A DNA stretch of 64,000 nt, taken from assembly GCA_051294375.1 (NCBI GenBank), contig CM119265.1, forward strand, positions 9,806,339-9,870,338. Reading direction: 5' to 3'. Positions 49,718 to 63,975 of this stretch are shown here, piece after piece (position 1 is the stretch's first letter; each line of letters starts with the position of its first letter). The notes under the pieces are model-generated. The model had not been told where the DNA came from. It saw nothing but the letters and a program-made list of their open reading frames with translations, and made no database searches. Both the position numbers and the translations under genes were made by a program. The DNA comes from Paraspadella gotoi. Taxonomy: Eukaryota > Animalia > Chaetognatha.

Positions 49718-50426
49718 ACAAAAGGGTAAGAGGAGTTTAATCACCGGAGCCAATTCCCGAGGGTGGATAAAAAGAGAAAAAAGATAAGGAGGGAAAATAA
49801 AAGGAATAAAATAAAGTGAGAGAAAGTAGAGGAAAGAAAGAAGTAGAGGAGTGGGAATGAGTGGGGCGAGAGAGAGAGGGTGAGAGAGTGAGTGAAGTTA
49901 TGATAAAATGGAAACGGGGGGGATGGAAGTGATGGGAACAAGAATAGGCAAGTTCACGGAGTTGTGAAGCATTGACTTTATTTTCTTTTTCAAATGAGAA
50001 CGTGACTAATTAAGTATAGAACATATGTGCAATATATGTGCAATAATTTTTTTTTAAATACCAAAAACAAAGTTAACTAACTCAAAAACAAAAATCAGAG
50101 TTTTCAAATTAGAATGTTTATTATCATCCCGTAGAAACCCGTAGAAACTAAGTTTCAAACGGGCAGACATGATTCGATGCAGAGAATGAATGAATAGGCA
50201 TCAAAGAGTTAACAAAAAATAAAAACTTTTTTATTTATATTTATATAAATATTATATATTTTATTTATTTACACTCTCACGGCTAGACGTGTTTGACCTA
50301 GATAAATCAGATATTGAGAATGAAAGGCGGGGCTTAATATCTTTATCAGAAAGCAAAAATACAACAAAAACAAAAGACGAGGCGGAGAAGTATACGAAAA
50401 AAATCCAACCTTAAACTCACTCCCTT

Positions 50427-50523
<97 letters not shown>

Positions 50524-50890
50524 CCATTTTTAAATTTTCTTTTTCAACGAAAAATCGATTTAAATATTTTTTTACTTCGGTAAAAAACTAGATTCGTGCC
50601 TTTCCATCTTGTAATAAAATTTATATATATTAAAACAGACGCCCCACACGTTTAGTTCAATGAATTTTTCTGATTCACCGCAACATCAGGCTGAATTTTC
50701 GAAAACTGCTTCAATCTCATCATGATTTCATTACACCCCATGTCTTTAAGACAAACAAAAAAATAAATCTTTGGTAAAATCGAAATGAAAAATTTTTGTT
50801 TCGAACAAAAAACGATTCTACCCCTTTGGTTCACGTGACATTTTGGGTTGACCCGCGCGCGGGATCCATCTGCTCATGTCAGGGTCAAGG

Positions 50891-50929
<39 letters not shown>

Positions 50930-51134
50930 GTGAGCGCATAATTTTTTTTTGGTGAATAACCGATAAAATTGGGACAAAAAAATCGATACCAAATTCCTTC
51001 CAGGTCTCTTGATATTTGATATTAAATTTGATGTTTTAAAACATTTTAGTCGTTAGTTTTTCCTTTCTTTTTCGTTGGTTTTTGAATTAGTAGAGAAATT
51101 GCTTAATTTTCACAACGAATTTTATTTGTGTAGA

Positions 51135-51348
51135 TAAGGCGCTACGTGGGCTGAAGATGACTGTCCGTAACTTCTATAACCCCCTCTAGCAGCCATGGAA
51201 CGGGTCCCTGGGCTTGGAACCAGACTTGAGGGTTTGCCATGCCCCCAAGGCCGCTTACGGCCGTCCTCACGCTTCCCGCAGGGTAGGTACCGGGTTAGGA
51301 TTGAACCCGGTCATGAGCTGATGGCTTTACTCAATGAGCCACCGGGTC
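51135..51348 (-). mobile_element. tRNA-derived SINE-like element
   Basis: On the minus strand: A box TGGCTCATTGAG (51341-51330) and B box GGTTCAATCC (51307-51298), followed by a GC-richer body in an AT-rich background. The 3' end is approximate. Confidence 0.5.
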
Positions 51349-51414
51349 AGGACTGAAGGTGTCATGCTTATAGGCGGGGTGAACCTAAGCAATGCCCGAC
51401 TACATTTGTAATAA

Positions 51415-51457
51415 AACAGACATGTTTCGAGCAGCAGTTCTGCTCTTCATCAGCGTT
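51415..51457 (-). ncRNA. Minimal type I hammerhead ribozyme (Penelope-like element or retrozyme type)
   Basis: Minus strand reads AACG-CUGAUGA-A-GAGCAG-AACUG-CUGCUC-GAAA-CAUGUC-UGUU. It has the CUGAUGA/GAAA core, a 6-bp stem II, a palindromic ACAUGU stem III, a GUC cleavage triplet and a 4-bp stem I (AACG/UGUU). Confidence 0.75.
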
Positions 51458-53228
51458 GAAGAACAACAAGAAAATTAAATAATTTCTCTACTAACATTTT
51501 AGTCAAAATTGTATCATTTTTTGACTAAGAGACTTGTTCTTACCAGTAAAAGGGAAACAAATTTTCACAAAATTCCGAATCGTCATCATTCTACCTAAAA
51601 CCACTAAATATTCAAAAACCCGCACCAAATAATCCTACCATTTAATCCCTCAACATGGAACATACTGCCCCCGTTCAAATCCGATTCCCCTCAGCCAATA
51701 CTCACCCCCGCCCCCCGTTTATATTCTCGTGTAAAAATTCCGACCCTTGACCTCGTAACCCCCGAGCGATTCTCTCCACGGGGCGCACAACAAAAGCGAA
51801 GGAAATCTCTTTTCAATTTCGCGTGAAGGAAGACCGAGCGTCGCCCCATGAAAATAGTCGGAGGATGACCAATACTGTCCGAAACTGTCAAGAAATCTGA
51901 TAACTGGGGAACTCGTGACTTTAATTTCGCTTAACCATCGGCGCACTTATGAATGATCCGTTCTGAACAGTGTCCTAAACAGGGTGAAGACTCAAAAGGA
52001 AAGGTTCTTCTTGTTGTTCTCGAATCTCATGTTGAAAAGATCGGATACGGGAAACGTTTGGATGCCGTCTCCGCTTATGAGAGAATAAACATCTCTCGCA
52101 GAGACCGTAACCCACCATAGCCGGTCAAATGTCCATTGACTAGGGTCAAGCGTCCAAAGAGGCAAGATAGCTTATTTATTTCATTACTGTATTATCTGAT
52201 GGACAGATGGACACCTGGACCGAAAAACGAACGGCGTATTACTGAACGGAGAGGTTGTCTGCTGAATGGATTGTTGATTGGCTGGTCTGCTGAATGGTTG
52301 TTGATTAGTTGCCTCTTTTGCTGGCTTAACTTGGTTGGCTTTGAGTTATGCAAAAATTAGTACAATATAAAATNNNNNNNNNNNNNNNNNNNNNNNNNCC
52401 TAATTTTAACCTTATAATTTAAAACCTAATCTTTAACCCTGATTCCTTACTATGATTCCTCACACTAATCTTAAACCTTATTCCTTAACTCAACTCTTAA
52501 TTTCAAATGAAATGGGGCGTTTTAAGAAAATAATGCCCTTTTACTAATAAAAGGAGGGCGATCGAAAGTGATACTGAAAAATATTGCTTGCTATGAAATT
52601 AAAGAAAAACTAAAACATGTGTTCGTAATACATAGACTTTTTGTCGCGCGAAAACATTTACTGATATTTTGGTAACATATTTTTTTTTTAAATCTCTCTC
52701 GTCTCTCTCTCTCTCTTCTCTCTCTCTCGCTCGGGCTGGGCCTCGGTCTTCTTCTCGGGTCTCTCTCGAGAGTCTCGGTCTCCTCTTCTCTCGAGTCTCT
52801 CTCTTCTCTCTCTTTTCTCTCTCGGTCTAACACACACACAAACACAGACACAAGAGGACGGGTTCACTCAAATATTATTTCTTTTTGGAATAAGATTTTG
52901 CGATGGTCTCCTCCCAACGAAAATGAAGAAAAGATGAGGAAAACAATGAAGTTGAAAGAGGTAGAGAAAATGAAGTCAAAAAAGAAAAAGCGAGAGAGGG
53001 GGAGAGAGNNNNNNNNNNAGAGATTTGGCGCGAAAATGATGAATGAACGGATTTGACGTTAATCTCGGCTTCTTCCGATTCTCCTGGTTCCTCATTCCCG
53101 ATTTCTTTTTCTTTCTTCTTCTTTCTTCTTCTTCTTTTTCTTCTTCTGCTAACCGATCTCCTTCTTCCTTTGATTAAACGGCCTTCAATTCGCGATATTG
53201 CCTNNNNNNNNNNNNNNNNNNNNNNNNN

Positions 53229-56147
53229 TGCTAAACCGATCTCCTTTCTTCCTTTTGATTAACGCCTTCAACGCGATAATTTGCCCTCCCCCTGGATTCC
53301 CTCCTCTTATCTCCTCTCTTCTCTCTCTCTTCTCTCTCTCTCTCTCTCTCTTTCTCCTCCTCTCTCTCTCTCGTCTCTCTCTCTCTCTCTCTCTTCTCTC
53401 TCCTCTCTCTCTCTGCCCTCTTTTTTTTTTAGAATTTCGTTCTCATCGAATGATTAACTTTTTTTTTCTTGAATAAAACGTATTTCTTTTATTAAAAATT
53501 TCAGGTTTTGCGATATTTTAAAAAAAAAATGTTAATCCAAACTCGATCCGTTTTTATGAAAAGACCGGATGTTTGTGAATTCCCTCTGCAATCGAAAGAT
53601 TTTTCAAAATAAAAAATCAAAGGAATTTGACAATAAATAAAACACTTCATTGGACATAATTTCTCATTGAATATCGTTAATTATTCAAGTATTCAATTAT
53701 CACTCAATAAATTTATTACAAACCATTAAAAACTGAAAATTCGAATCGAAATTCTAGTTTCATTATTAATAAATTATAAATTAAAGTTTTCAAACGAGGA
53801 TTTATCATGAAATAATCCCGAGTTTTTCAGGTCAGTCGATGGCTGATAAGGAGAAAGAGGATGAGAGGGGGAGGAGGAGGAAGATGAAAAGGCAGAGGAT
53901 GAAGAGGTCGAATCAGAGGATGAAGAGGACGATGAAGAGGAGAGGTCGAATCAGAGGATGAAGAGGACGAAGAAGAGGAGAGGACGAATCAGAGGATGAA
54001 GAGGACGAGGCGGAGGATGAAGAGGACGAGGCAAACGAAGAAGAGGATTAGAAACAAGAATATAAAAAGGGAGATGACGACGAGGAGAGTAGAAAGTTGA
54101 TGCGATATAAAGAATAAAGTTAAGGAGATTAAAAACAAGGTAAGATTAATAAGATTATCAGTTGATAAAAATTAAAACGAGGACGAAAAAGAAGAAGATT
54201 AAAAACAAGAGGACGAAAAGGGATGAGGAATCAAAGCTGAGAGGAAGAGGAAGAGGAGATAAATCGTCGCATCATTTTTTTTTCAAGATGGCCGCCTCCA
54301 GGGTTTTCCTTTTTTTAAAGGGAGGGAGGGAAACCCGCCATTTCGAACGTAACGCCGAAGGGAAATGGATTCCGAGTTTTCGCATTAAAATCTCCACCGC
54401 GATTCGCGTCCCTCGATTTATTTTGATTCAGAAATTTTCAGATTTGGGTCAACGTGGAATTTGTCGTTTTTTGTTTTTTTTTAAGGCTGAGGAAGTTTAT
54501 TGTTTAACTGAAGTTTTTAAGATGATATATTTTGGCGACAGTTATTAATATCCTGCCACTTTACGGAGAGTCAGCTACACTACTGTTTTTGCATGTGAAT
54601 GGGTAATTTTTTTCAGAGGCCAATGATGTGAGAGTTTTATCTTTTACCAAAAAAATATTTAAAAAAAGCATTCGTTAGCGATAATAAAGTCGACAGTTGA
54701 GAAGTGACAATGATGACGATGATAGGACTCTTGAGGAAGAAGAAATAATAACGACCAAGACGACAAAAATGACAAAGTCAAAGTCATTGTCAAATTCATT
54801 GTAAATCTCGATCCTCCTTTTCCCATCCCTCTTCCCATCCCTCTTCCATTCCCTCTTCCCATCCCTCTTCCCATCCCTCTCCCGAGGACCCGCCCCTTTT
54901 TTAGTTCAGTCTTCATGAATCTCGAGTTCGCCCTTCGTCCGTTCCCGTCTCTCTCTCTCTCTCCTCTCCCACTAACTTCCCCCTTACGCTAATACTATTC
55001 CGGCCAGGGACTTTCCGGAATAAATACTTTCGATACGATTTTCGACTTTTTCAGTCAATGACTCAAAACGGTTGACGACTGACGATTTCATAACCGAGAA
55101 CATCGACGACAACGATGATGACAACAATGACACTGACCTGAACTGTCACGAAGACTAAAACGACGACGATGACGAATACGATGACGATGATGACAACAAT
55201 GACACTGACCTGAACTGTCAACAAGACTAAAACGACGACGACGACGACGTCAATACGAAAATCCACATCATTAGCTCGGTGACCGTTAATGACGTCGTCG
55301 CCCCACTTCCGTGACGCCGCGAATGACGTTTCGTCCCCCGAGGCGTCCGATCGAAGCGCCGGTTGCGGCGAAGCTGCGGTGCGGCGGCGTTGTGGCGGCG
55401 CCGGCGCGTTATTTTGAAACCGACTTTGATTTATTACTCAATGTTCTTTTGTTTATGTTTAACGCATTTTTCTCTCTCTTTTTTTTATCCCTTGTCCCGT
55501 TTCCCATTAATTTCTCACCCGTTGCTGCCGCTGACGACGCAGGTAAGTTAAATTTTTGAAAAAGAAAACTTTTTAAAAACAATTATGAAATAACATCATA
55601 TAACGTTACAACATGATAATAAGGAGCATACATAAAAACGACTTGAAATTGAGAGAGAGAGAGANNNNNNNNNNNNNNNNNNNNNNNNNAGAGAGAGGCT
55701 GAGAAAGAGAGAGAGAGCGAGCAGAGTGGGAGAAAAAAAAAAGAGAGAGAAGAGCAGAGTGACGAGAGAGAGAGAGAGAGTGACGAGAGATGAGAGAGAG
55801 AGAGAGAGAGAGAGAGATGAGCAGAGGACAGAAAAAACATATAAATTTGAAAAACTAAAGAAATCAAAAGACATTTAGCGTTCATGGCGTAAAAATCTAA
55901 ACGAGTTCGCTAAGCTGGAAAAAAAATAATTTTTCAGGTTATGACCATTAACAAGAAAATGAGTGATTTCGCTGCGGATTAAATCTTAAGACTTTGAAAT
56001 TCTTCTTCAAATTAAAAAAACTTTTGCGACACCGCTTAACAATCAGCGTAGATGATTAATGATCTTTTCTTCAGGAAGTGCAGTGTGAGAAAGAAGAGAG
56101 AGCAGAGAGAGAGAGAGAGAGAGGAGAGAGAGAAGAGGACGAGACGT

Positions 56148-56218
<71 letters not shown>

Positions 56219-58105
56219 AGAGATCCGAGAGAGAGAGGAGAGACAGATAGAGAGCAGAACGAGCGCGGGGAAATAGTTAGCGTTCAGGGACACTTTTCCA
56301 TCTCCATTGATAAATTTCCATGTTTTCTCGACGGCTTCCATGTTTTGTTCCCGCAGAAAAAAAAAGAAACAGTAGAAACAAAAGTCTTTATTTTGATTCG
56401 ACTCCCTCCCTTTTACTCTAACATCCTTTTCTCTTCCTTTTCCTTTTTCTCTCTTTCTTTTCTTTTCTTCCTCTTTCTATTCCTCCCTTTTTTCTTTTTC
56501 TCCCTTTTACACTTTTTCTTCTTTTTCTTCCATTTTCTCTTCCTCTCTCCTTTTTCTCTTCCTTCCCGTTTCTTCATCTTCCTCTTCTCCCCTACTCCTC
56601 TTCCCTCTTTATACCCTTATACTCTTTATACTCTTCAGCTCCCATCTTCATTTCACAACAGTAAAAACAATTTTTTTATCAACCAGCCGTTTTTTTTTTA
56701 TTCGACGAAAGATCGAAGTTTTTAAATTTTTTTAAAAGTTTGTTCGCCCCCGATTAAACTCGTTCGATCTCCCACTTCATTGGATGTTAATGAAAGTACA
56801 AAACCAAGATCAATTATTGGATTTAGATTTTAGCATTGTTCTCAAAATTTGTTTCTCGAAATAAAGGGAATAAAATTTTTAAGAATTTTTTCGTCGTTTT
56901 GGAAACGGCGAAAAAAAATCCTTACAAATTTTTATTCCTTTTTTATCATTAAGTTTTCTTCTCTTTCCTGTAAATCGTTAAAATTTTGCAGTTCCAACTT
57001 TGTACGCTCGCCATTCACATTCTAGTATAATTAGCTTTTAATTTTATACATCTTGAGTTGGAATGAAAATATTTATTTTTATTTTTTTCTGTTTTAAAAC
57101 TTTCCCTTTATAAACTTTCCCTTTTTTAAACTTCAGCCCTTTTATCAACTTCCCGGTTTTTCAATTTCAGCCTCGAATTTTCTATCCTCATCCGAATCTC
57201 AATGTCCTGCCCGGAGCAAAACACGGGTTCCGCGTCGCGTCTCTCTTTCTCTCTCTTCTCCCGTCCAAACTCCCTAATGCGTCGCGTTCATAATTAAAAA
57301 ATGATAATCGTTCATAAATAATCGAATATTCGTTGGAAAAAAGAATTTATTGAATAATATGGCGGCACGAAAATGGGGCGTTGGGAAACTTAGGTGGTTG
57401 TCTCCTTTGGTGCGCCCAATTGACAGAATATGCAATGAATGGAATCCTGATGGTCGTCGTCCGTCGTTGTCGTCGTCTTCGTCTCGGTTCTTATGTTCAC
57501 TGTCCATTATTCATCATCATCTCATCGTCGTCGTCGTTGCTTCGTCTTCTACCAATAATGACGAAACTTAATTTCTTTCAAAACAACTACAAATAGCGTA
57601 ATTTTAATGCAGAAATACTTGCCAAAAGCATAAATATCCCTAAGTACTCCAGAATAATACTCAACACTCGACAACATTTCGCTCTCACTAGTGACGAGGC
57701 AAACATAAAAAAACCAAATTACAAAGACTAAACAAACAAATCACCAATAAAAAAACCATAACGACGACGGACGCACTGACGACGACGACACTGAGAGAAG
57801 CCTCGATTAATTTGGAGCAAAGTTACCATATCACCGAAGACGGAACTAAGAGTTCGTCGTCCCTCGTTTTAAGTGTTTGTAAAAAAAAAAAACGAGCCAC
57901 GTCATTGGTGGAGCGAGCGGAAAACCAAAACAGATTCGACCAATCAGCGGCCTCCGACGCAATTGAAAAGCAAGGACGACAAACAAAATGCCTTCATCGT
58001 GTTTGCATAAGTAACACCGACCATTGCACTCCTGCCTTTTCAATTGGCCGACTGCTGATTGGAAAATGTGAAGGCACAACAGAATGAGAGGGGAGGGACG
58101 GGAGG

Positions 58106-58146
<41 letters not shown>

Positions 58147-61100
58147 GAGATGAGAGAGAGAGAGAGAGAGACGAGAGAAAGAGAGATGAGAGATGAGAGA
58201 GAGAGAGAGATGAGAGAGAGCAGACTTTCTCATACCTGTCTTCCATCGTTCCTCTCTCCCAATTTTTTCTTTCCTTGTTTCTCAGTTTGCTCTTTCGCTG
58301 TAGGCTGGCTTCGACATGAGACAGCTGAGACAAAAGAGATGCTTATAGAGAAACAAAAGGATGAAAAAAGAGCAAACATGTACTGATAAGGAAAAAAGAA
58401 ACTGTGATTTTTCTCTATTATAGATTATATAAATTTTAAGAATAAATAATATATATTATTAAAATATAATTAATATGTATAAGTTATATGGTAAATTTAT
58501 GATAAAAAGTTAATATAAAATAAATGAAAGTAATAAAATGAAATATAAAATAATTAATTAAAATAAATAAATAACCAATTAAATAATAAATAAATTATTA
58601 AATAATCAAAAAAAATAAATAAATAAATAAATAAAATAAAATATATAAATATATAAATTATATATAAATATAATAAATAAATAAATAAAAAAAATATAAT
58701 AAATAATATAAATAAATATATATATAATATATATATAATAAATAAATAAATAAATAAATAAATAATGAACTGCAATCGATCTGTCTATTTCATCATAGTG
58801 CCTATCTCTATATCTAACTAAATATCTAATATCTATAATTCTCTCTCTGAAAAAATAATTTTTCAGGTTATGAATTAACAAGAAAATGAGTTGATTTCGT
58901 GCGGATTAAATCTTAAGACTTTGAAATTCTCTTCAAAATTAAAAAAAACTTTGCGANNNNNNNNNNNNNNNNNNNNNNNNNTGCTAAACCGATCTCCTTT
59001 CTTCCTTTTGATTAACGCCTTCAACGCGATAATTTGCCCTCCCCCTGGATTCCCTCCTCTTATCTCCTCTCTTCTCTCTCTCTTCTCTCTCTCTCTCTCT
59101 CTCTTTCTCCTCCTCTCTCTCTCTCGTCTCTCTCTCTCTCTCTCTCTTCTCTCTCCTCTCTCTCTCTGCCCTCTTTTTTTTTTAGAATTTCGTTCTCATC
59201 GAATGATTAACTTTTTTTTTCTTGAATAAAACGTATTTCTTTTATTAAAAATTTCAGGTTTTGCGATATTTTAAAAAAAAAATGTTAATTCCAAACTCGC
59301 ATCCCGTTTTTATGACAAAGACCGGATGTTTGTGAATTCCCTCTGCAATCGAAGATTTTTCAAAATAAAAAATCAAAAGGAATTTGACAATAAATAAACA
59401 CCTTCATTGGACATAATTTCTCATTGAATATTTTCGTTAATTTATTCAAGTATTCAATTATCACTCCAAATAAATTTATTACAAACCAATTATTAAAAAA
59501 CTGAAAAATTCGAAATCGAAATTCTAGTTTCATTTATTAATAAATCTTATAAAATCTAAAGTTTTCAAACGAGGATTTATCATGAAATAATCCCGAGGTT
59601 TTTCAGGTCAGTCGATGGCTGATAAGGGAGGAAAGAGGCATGAGAGGGGGAGGAGGAGGAAGCATCGAAAAAGCAACCAGAGGATTGAAGAGGGTCGAAT
59701 CCAAGAGGATGAAGAGGACCGAATGAAGAGGAGAGGTCGGAATCAGAGGGATGAAGAGGCACGAAGAAGAGCAGAGAGGCACGAATCAGAGGATGAAGAG
59801 GACGCCAGGCTGAGGATTTAAGGCAGGACGAGGCAACACGAAGAAGAGTGATAAAGAAACAAGGAAGTATAAAAAGGGAGATGACGACTGAGCCGAGAGT
59901 ACGAAATTTTGATGCCGACTATAAAGAATAAAGTTAAGGAGATTAAAAACAAGGTAAGATTAATTAAGATTATCAGTTTGATTATAAAAAATTAAAACGA
60001 GGACGAAAAAAGAAGAGATTTAAAAACAACGAGGACGAAAAAGGCGTCTGAGGAATCAAAGCTTGAGAGAAGAGGCGAAGAGGGACAGATTAAATCGTCG
60101 CATTCATTTTTTTTTTTTCCAAGATGCCGCCTCCAGGGTTTTCCTTTTAAGGGAGGGAGGGAAACCCCGCCATTTCGAACCCGTAACGCCGAAGGGAAAC
60201 TGGATTCCGAGTTTTCGCATTACAACATCTCCACCTGCGCATTCGCGTCCCTCGATTTATTTTGATCAGAAATTTTCAGATTTGGGTCAACGTGGAATTT
60301 TGTCGTTTTTTGTTTTTTTTTAAGCGCTGAGAAAGTTATTGTTTTGTTTTTAACTGAAGTTTTTAAGATATATATTTTGGCGACAGTTATTCAATATTCC
60401 TGCCACTTTACGGAGATTCAGCCTACACTACTTGTTTTTGCATCGTTGATCATGCGCGTTAATTTCTTTTTCAGAGGCCAATGATGTGGACGCGAGTCTT
60501 TATCTTTTACCAAAAAAATATTTAAAAAACAAGCATTCGTTAGCGATATAAGTCGACAGTTGAGAAGTGAACAATGCATGACGATGATAGGACTCTTGAG
60601 AAGAAGAAATAATAACGACCAAGACGAAAAAATGAACAAAGTCAAAGTCACTTGTCAAATTCATTTGTAAATCTCGATCCTCCTTTTTCCCATCCCTCTT
60701 CCCATCTCTCTTTCCATTCCCTCTTCCCATCCCTCTTCCCATCCCTCTCCCGAGGATCGCCCCTTTTTATAGTTTCATGCTTCATGAATCTCGAGTCGCC
60801 CTTCGTCCGTTCCGTCTCCTCTCATCGTCTCTCTCACTCTCCCACTACTCTCCCAATTAACGCTAATAACTATTCGGCCAGGCTTTCGGAATAAATACTT
60901 TCGATACGATTTTCGACCATTTCTTCAGTCATGACTTGCAAAACGGTTGACGACTGCACGTTTCATACACCGAGAACATCGACGACAACGATGGATGACA
61001 ACACATGACCTGACATGTTTCACGAACTAAAACGACGACGATGACGAAATACCTTTCTCCGATGACGCGATGATTGACAAGCAATCGTACATTTTACCGC

Positions 61101-61720
61101 AACCTGAACTCCTCACAAGACTAAAAACGGACGACGTGTACGACACGTACGAAATTATCGCAAATAATCCAATCATGTAGCTCGGTGACCGTTTAATGCG
61201 GTCGTGCCGCCCACTTCGTGACGCCGCCGAATGGCGTTTTAACGTCCCCGAGGGCGTCACGGATCGAAGCGCGCCGGTTGCGGCGAAGCGTCTGCGGGTG
61301 CGGCGGTGTGGGCGGTCACCAGGGATACAAACGGCGAAAGTTATGATTCTTGTAACACTTTAGACGTATTAATTACTCGATGTTGCTTTGGTTTATGTTA
61401 GACGCATTTTCGTTCATCTGACTTTTTTTTATCCCTTGTCCCGTTCCCATTAATTTTCTCACCCCGTTGCTGCCGCTGACCGGACGCAGCGTAAGTTAAA
61501 TTTTGAAAAGAAAAGCATTTAAAAACAATTTTATTGCAGAATAACATTCGAGATATTAACGTTACAACATTGATAATAAGGCAGCATACATAAAAACGAC
61601 TTTTAAATTGAGAGAGAGAGAGAGGAGAGCGAGAAAAGAGAGACGAGCAGAGGGAGAGAAAAAAAAACAAGAGAGGAGAGAGAGCAGAGAGAGATGAGAG
61701 AGAACGAGAGAGAGAGTGAC

Positions 61721-61756
<36 letters not shown>

Positions 61757-62084
61757 CAGAGGACAGAAAAAACATATTAAATTTGAAAACTATAAAGAAA
61801 TCAAAAGACATTTAGCGTTCATGGCGTAAAAATCTAAACGAGTTCGCTAAGCTGGAAAAAAAATAATTTTTCAGGTTATGACCATTAACAAGAAAATGAG
61901 TGATTTCGCTGCGGATTAAATCTTAAGACTTTGAAATTCTTCTTCAAATTAAAAAAACTTTTGCGACACCGCTTAACAATCAGCGTAGATGATTAATGAT
62001 CTTTTCTTCAGGAAGTGCAGTGTGAGAAAGAAGAGAGAGCAGAGAGAGAGAGAGAGAGAGGAGAGAGAGAAGAGGACGAGACGT

Positions 62085-62161
<77 letters not shown>

Positions 62162-63932
62162 GGAAATAGTAGCGTTCAGGGACATTTTCCATCTCCATTG
62201 AAAATTCCATGTTTTCTCGACGGCTTCCATGTTTTGTTCCCGCAGAAAAAAAAAAAGAAACAGTAGAAAAAAAAAGTTTTATTTTGATTCGACTCCTCCT
62301 TTCTCTACATCCTTTTTCTCTTCCTTTTCTTTCTCTCTCTTTCTTTTCTCTTTCTCCTCTTTCTATTCCTCCCTTTTTCTTTTTCTCCCTTCTACTCTTT
62401 CTCTTTTTCTTTTTCTTCCATTTTCTCTTCCTCTCTTTTTCTCTTCCTTCCGTTTTTCATCTTCCTCTTCTCCCCTACTCCTCTTCCCTCTTTATACCCT
62501 TATACTCTTTATACTCTTCAGCTCCCATCTTCATTCAAAACAGTAAAAACAATTTTTTTTATCAACCAGCCGGTTTTTTTTTATTCGACGAAAGATCGAA
62601 GTTAATTTTTTTTAAGTTTGTCGCCCGATTAACTCGTTCGATCTCCACTTCATTGGAGTTAATTGAAAGTAAAAACCAAGATATTATTTGGATTTAGATT
62701 TAGATTGTCTCAAAATTTGTTCTCGAAATAAAGGGAAAAAATTTTAAGAATTTTTTCGTCGTTTTGGCGGCGAAAAAAAATCCTTACAAATTTTTATCTT
62801 TTTATATTAAGTTTTCTTTCTTTCCTGTAAATCGTTAAAATTTTTGGTTCCAATTTGTACGCTCGCATTCACATCTAGTATAATTAGCTTTTAATTTATA
62901 ATCTTGAGTTTGGAATGAAAATATTTATTTTTATTTTTTTCTGTTAAAACTTTCCCTTTTATAAACTTTCCCTTTTTAAACTCAGCCCTTTTTCAACTTC
63001 CCGGTTTTCAATTTCAGCCTCGAATTTTTATCCTCATCCGAATCTCAATGTCCTGGGAGCAAAAACGGGTCGGTCGGTCTCTCTTTCTCTCTCTCTCGCC
63101 GTCCAAACTCCCTAATGCGTCGCGTTCATAATTAAAAATGATAATCGTTCATAAATAATCGATTTCGTTGGAAAGAATTTATGAATAATAATGGCGGCAC
63201 GAAAATGGGGTTGGGAACTGAAGGTGGTTGTCTCCTTGGTGGCCAATGACAGAATTGCAATGAATGGAATCCTGATGGTCGTCGTCGTCGTTGTCGTCGT
63301 CTTCGTCGTCGTTCTTATGTTCACTGTCCTTATCATCATCATCATCGTCGTCGTCGTTGCTGTCGTCTTCTACCAATAATGAGAAACTTAATTTCTTTCA
63401 AAACAACTGATAAATAGCGTAATTTTAATGCAGAAATACTGCAAAAGGATAAATATCCCTAAGTACTCCAGAATAATACTCAACCACTCGACAACATTCG
63501 TCTCCACTAGTGACGAGGCAACAAAAAACCAAATTAACAAAGACTAAAAACAATCACCATAAAGAAAACCATAACGACGACGACGACGACGACGACGACG
63601 ACCACTGAGAGAAGCCTCGATTAATTTGGAGAAAGTTAATCACCGAGAGGAACTAAGAGTTCGTCGTCCCTCGTTTTAAGTGTTTGTAAAAAAAAAAACC
63701 GAGCCACGTCATTGGTGGAGCGAGCGGAAAACCAAAACAGATTCGACCAATCAGCGGCCTCCGACGAATTGAAAAGAAGGACGACAAACAAACTGCCTTC
63801 ATCGTGTTTTGCATAAGTAACACCGACCATTGACTCTGCCTTGTAATGGGGAACTCAGTTGATTGGAAAATGTGAAAGCAAACACAGAATGAGAGGGGAG
63901 GGAGCGGAGGGAAGGGCCAGGGACGGGGGCGG

Positions 63933-63975
<43 letters not shown>

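Noticed and set aside
54820-54885. GRGM repeats on the minus strand suggesting an RGG/RG-box protein
   Set aside because: A 12-bp minisatellite (TTCCCATCCCTC) explains it, and no supporting exon structure was found.
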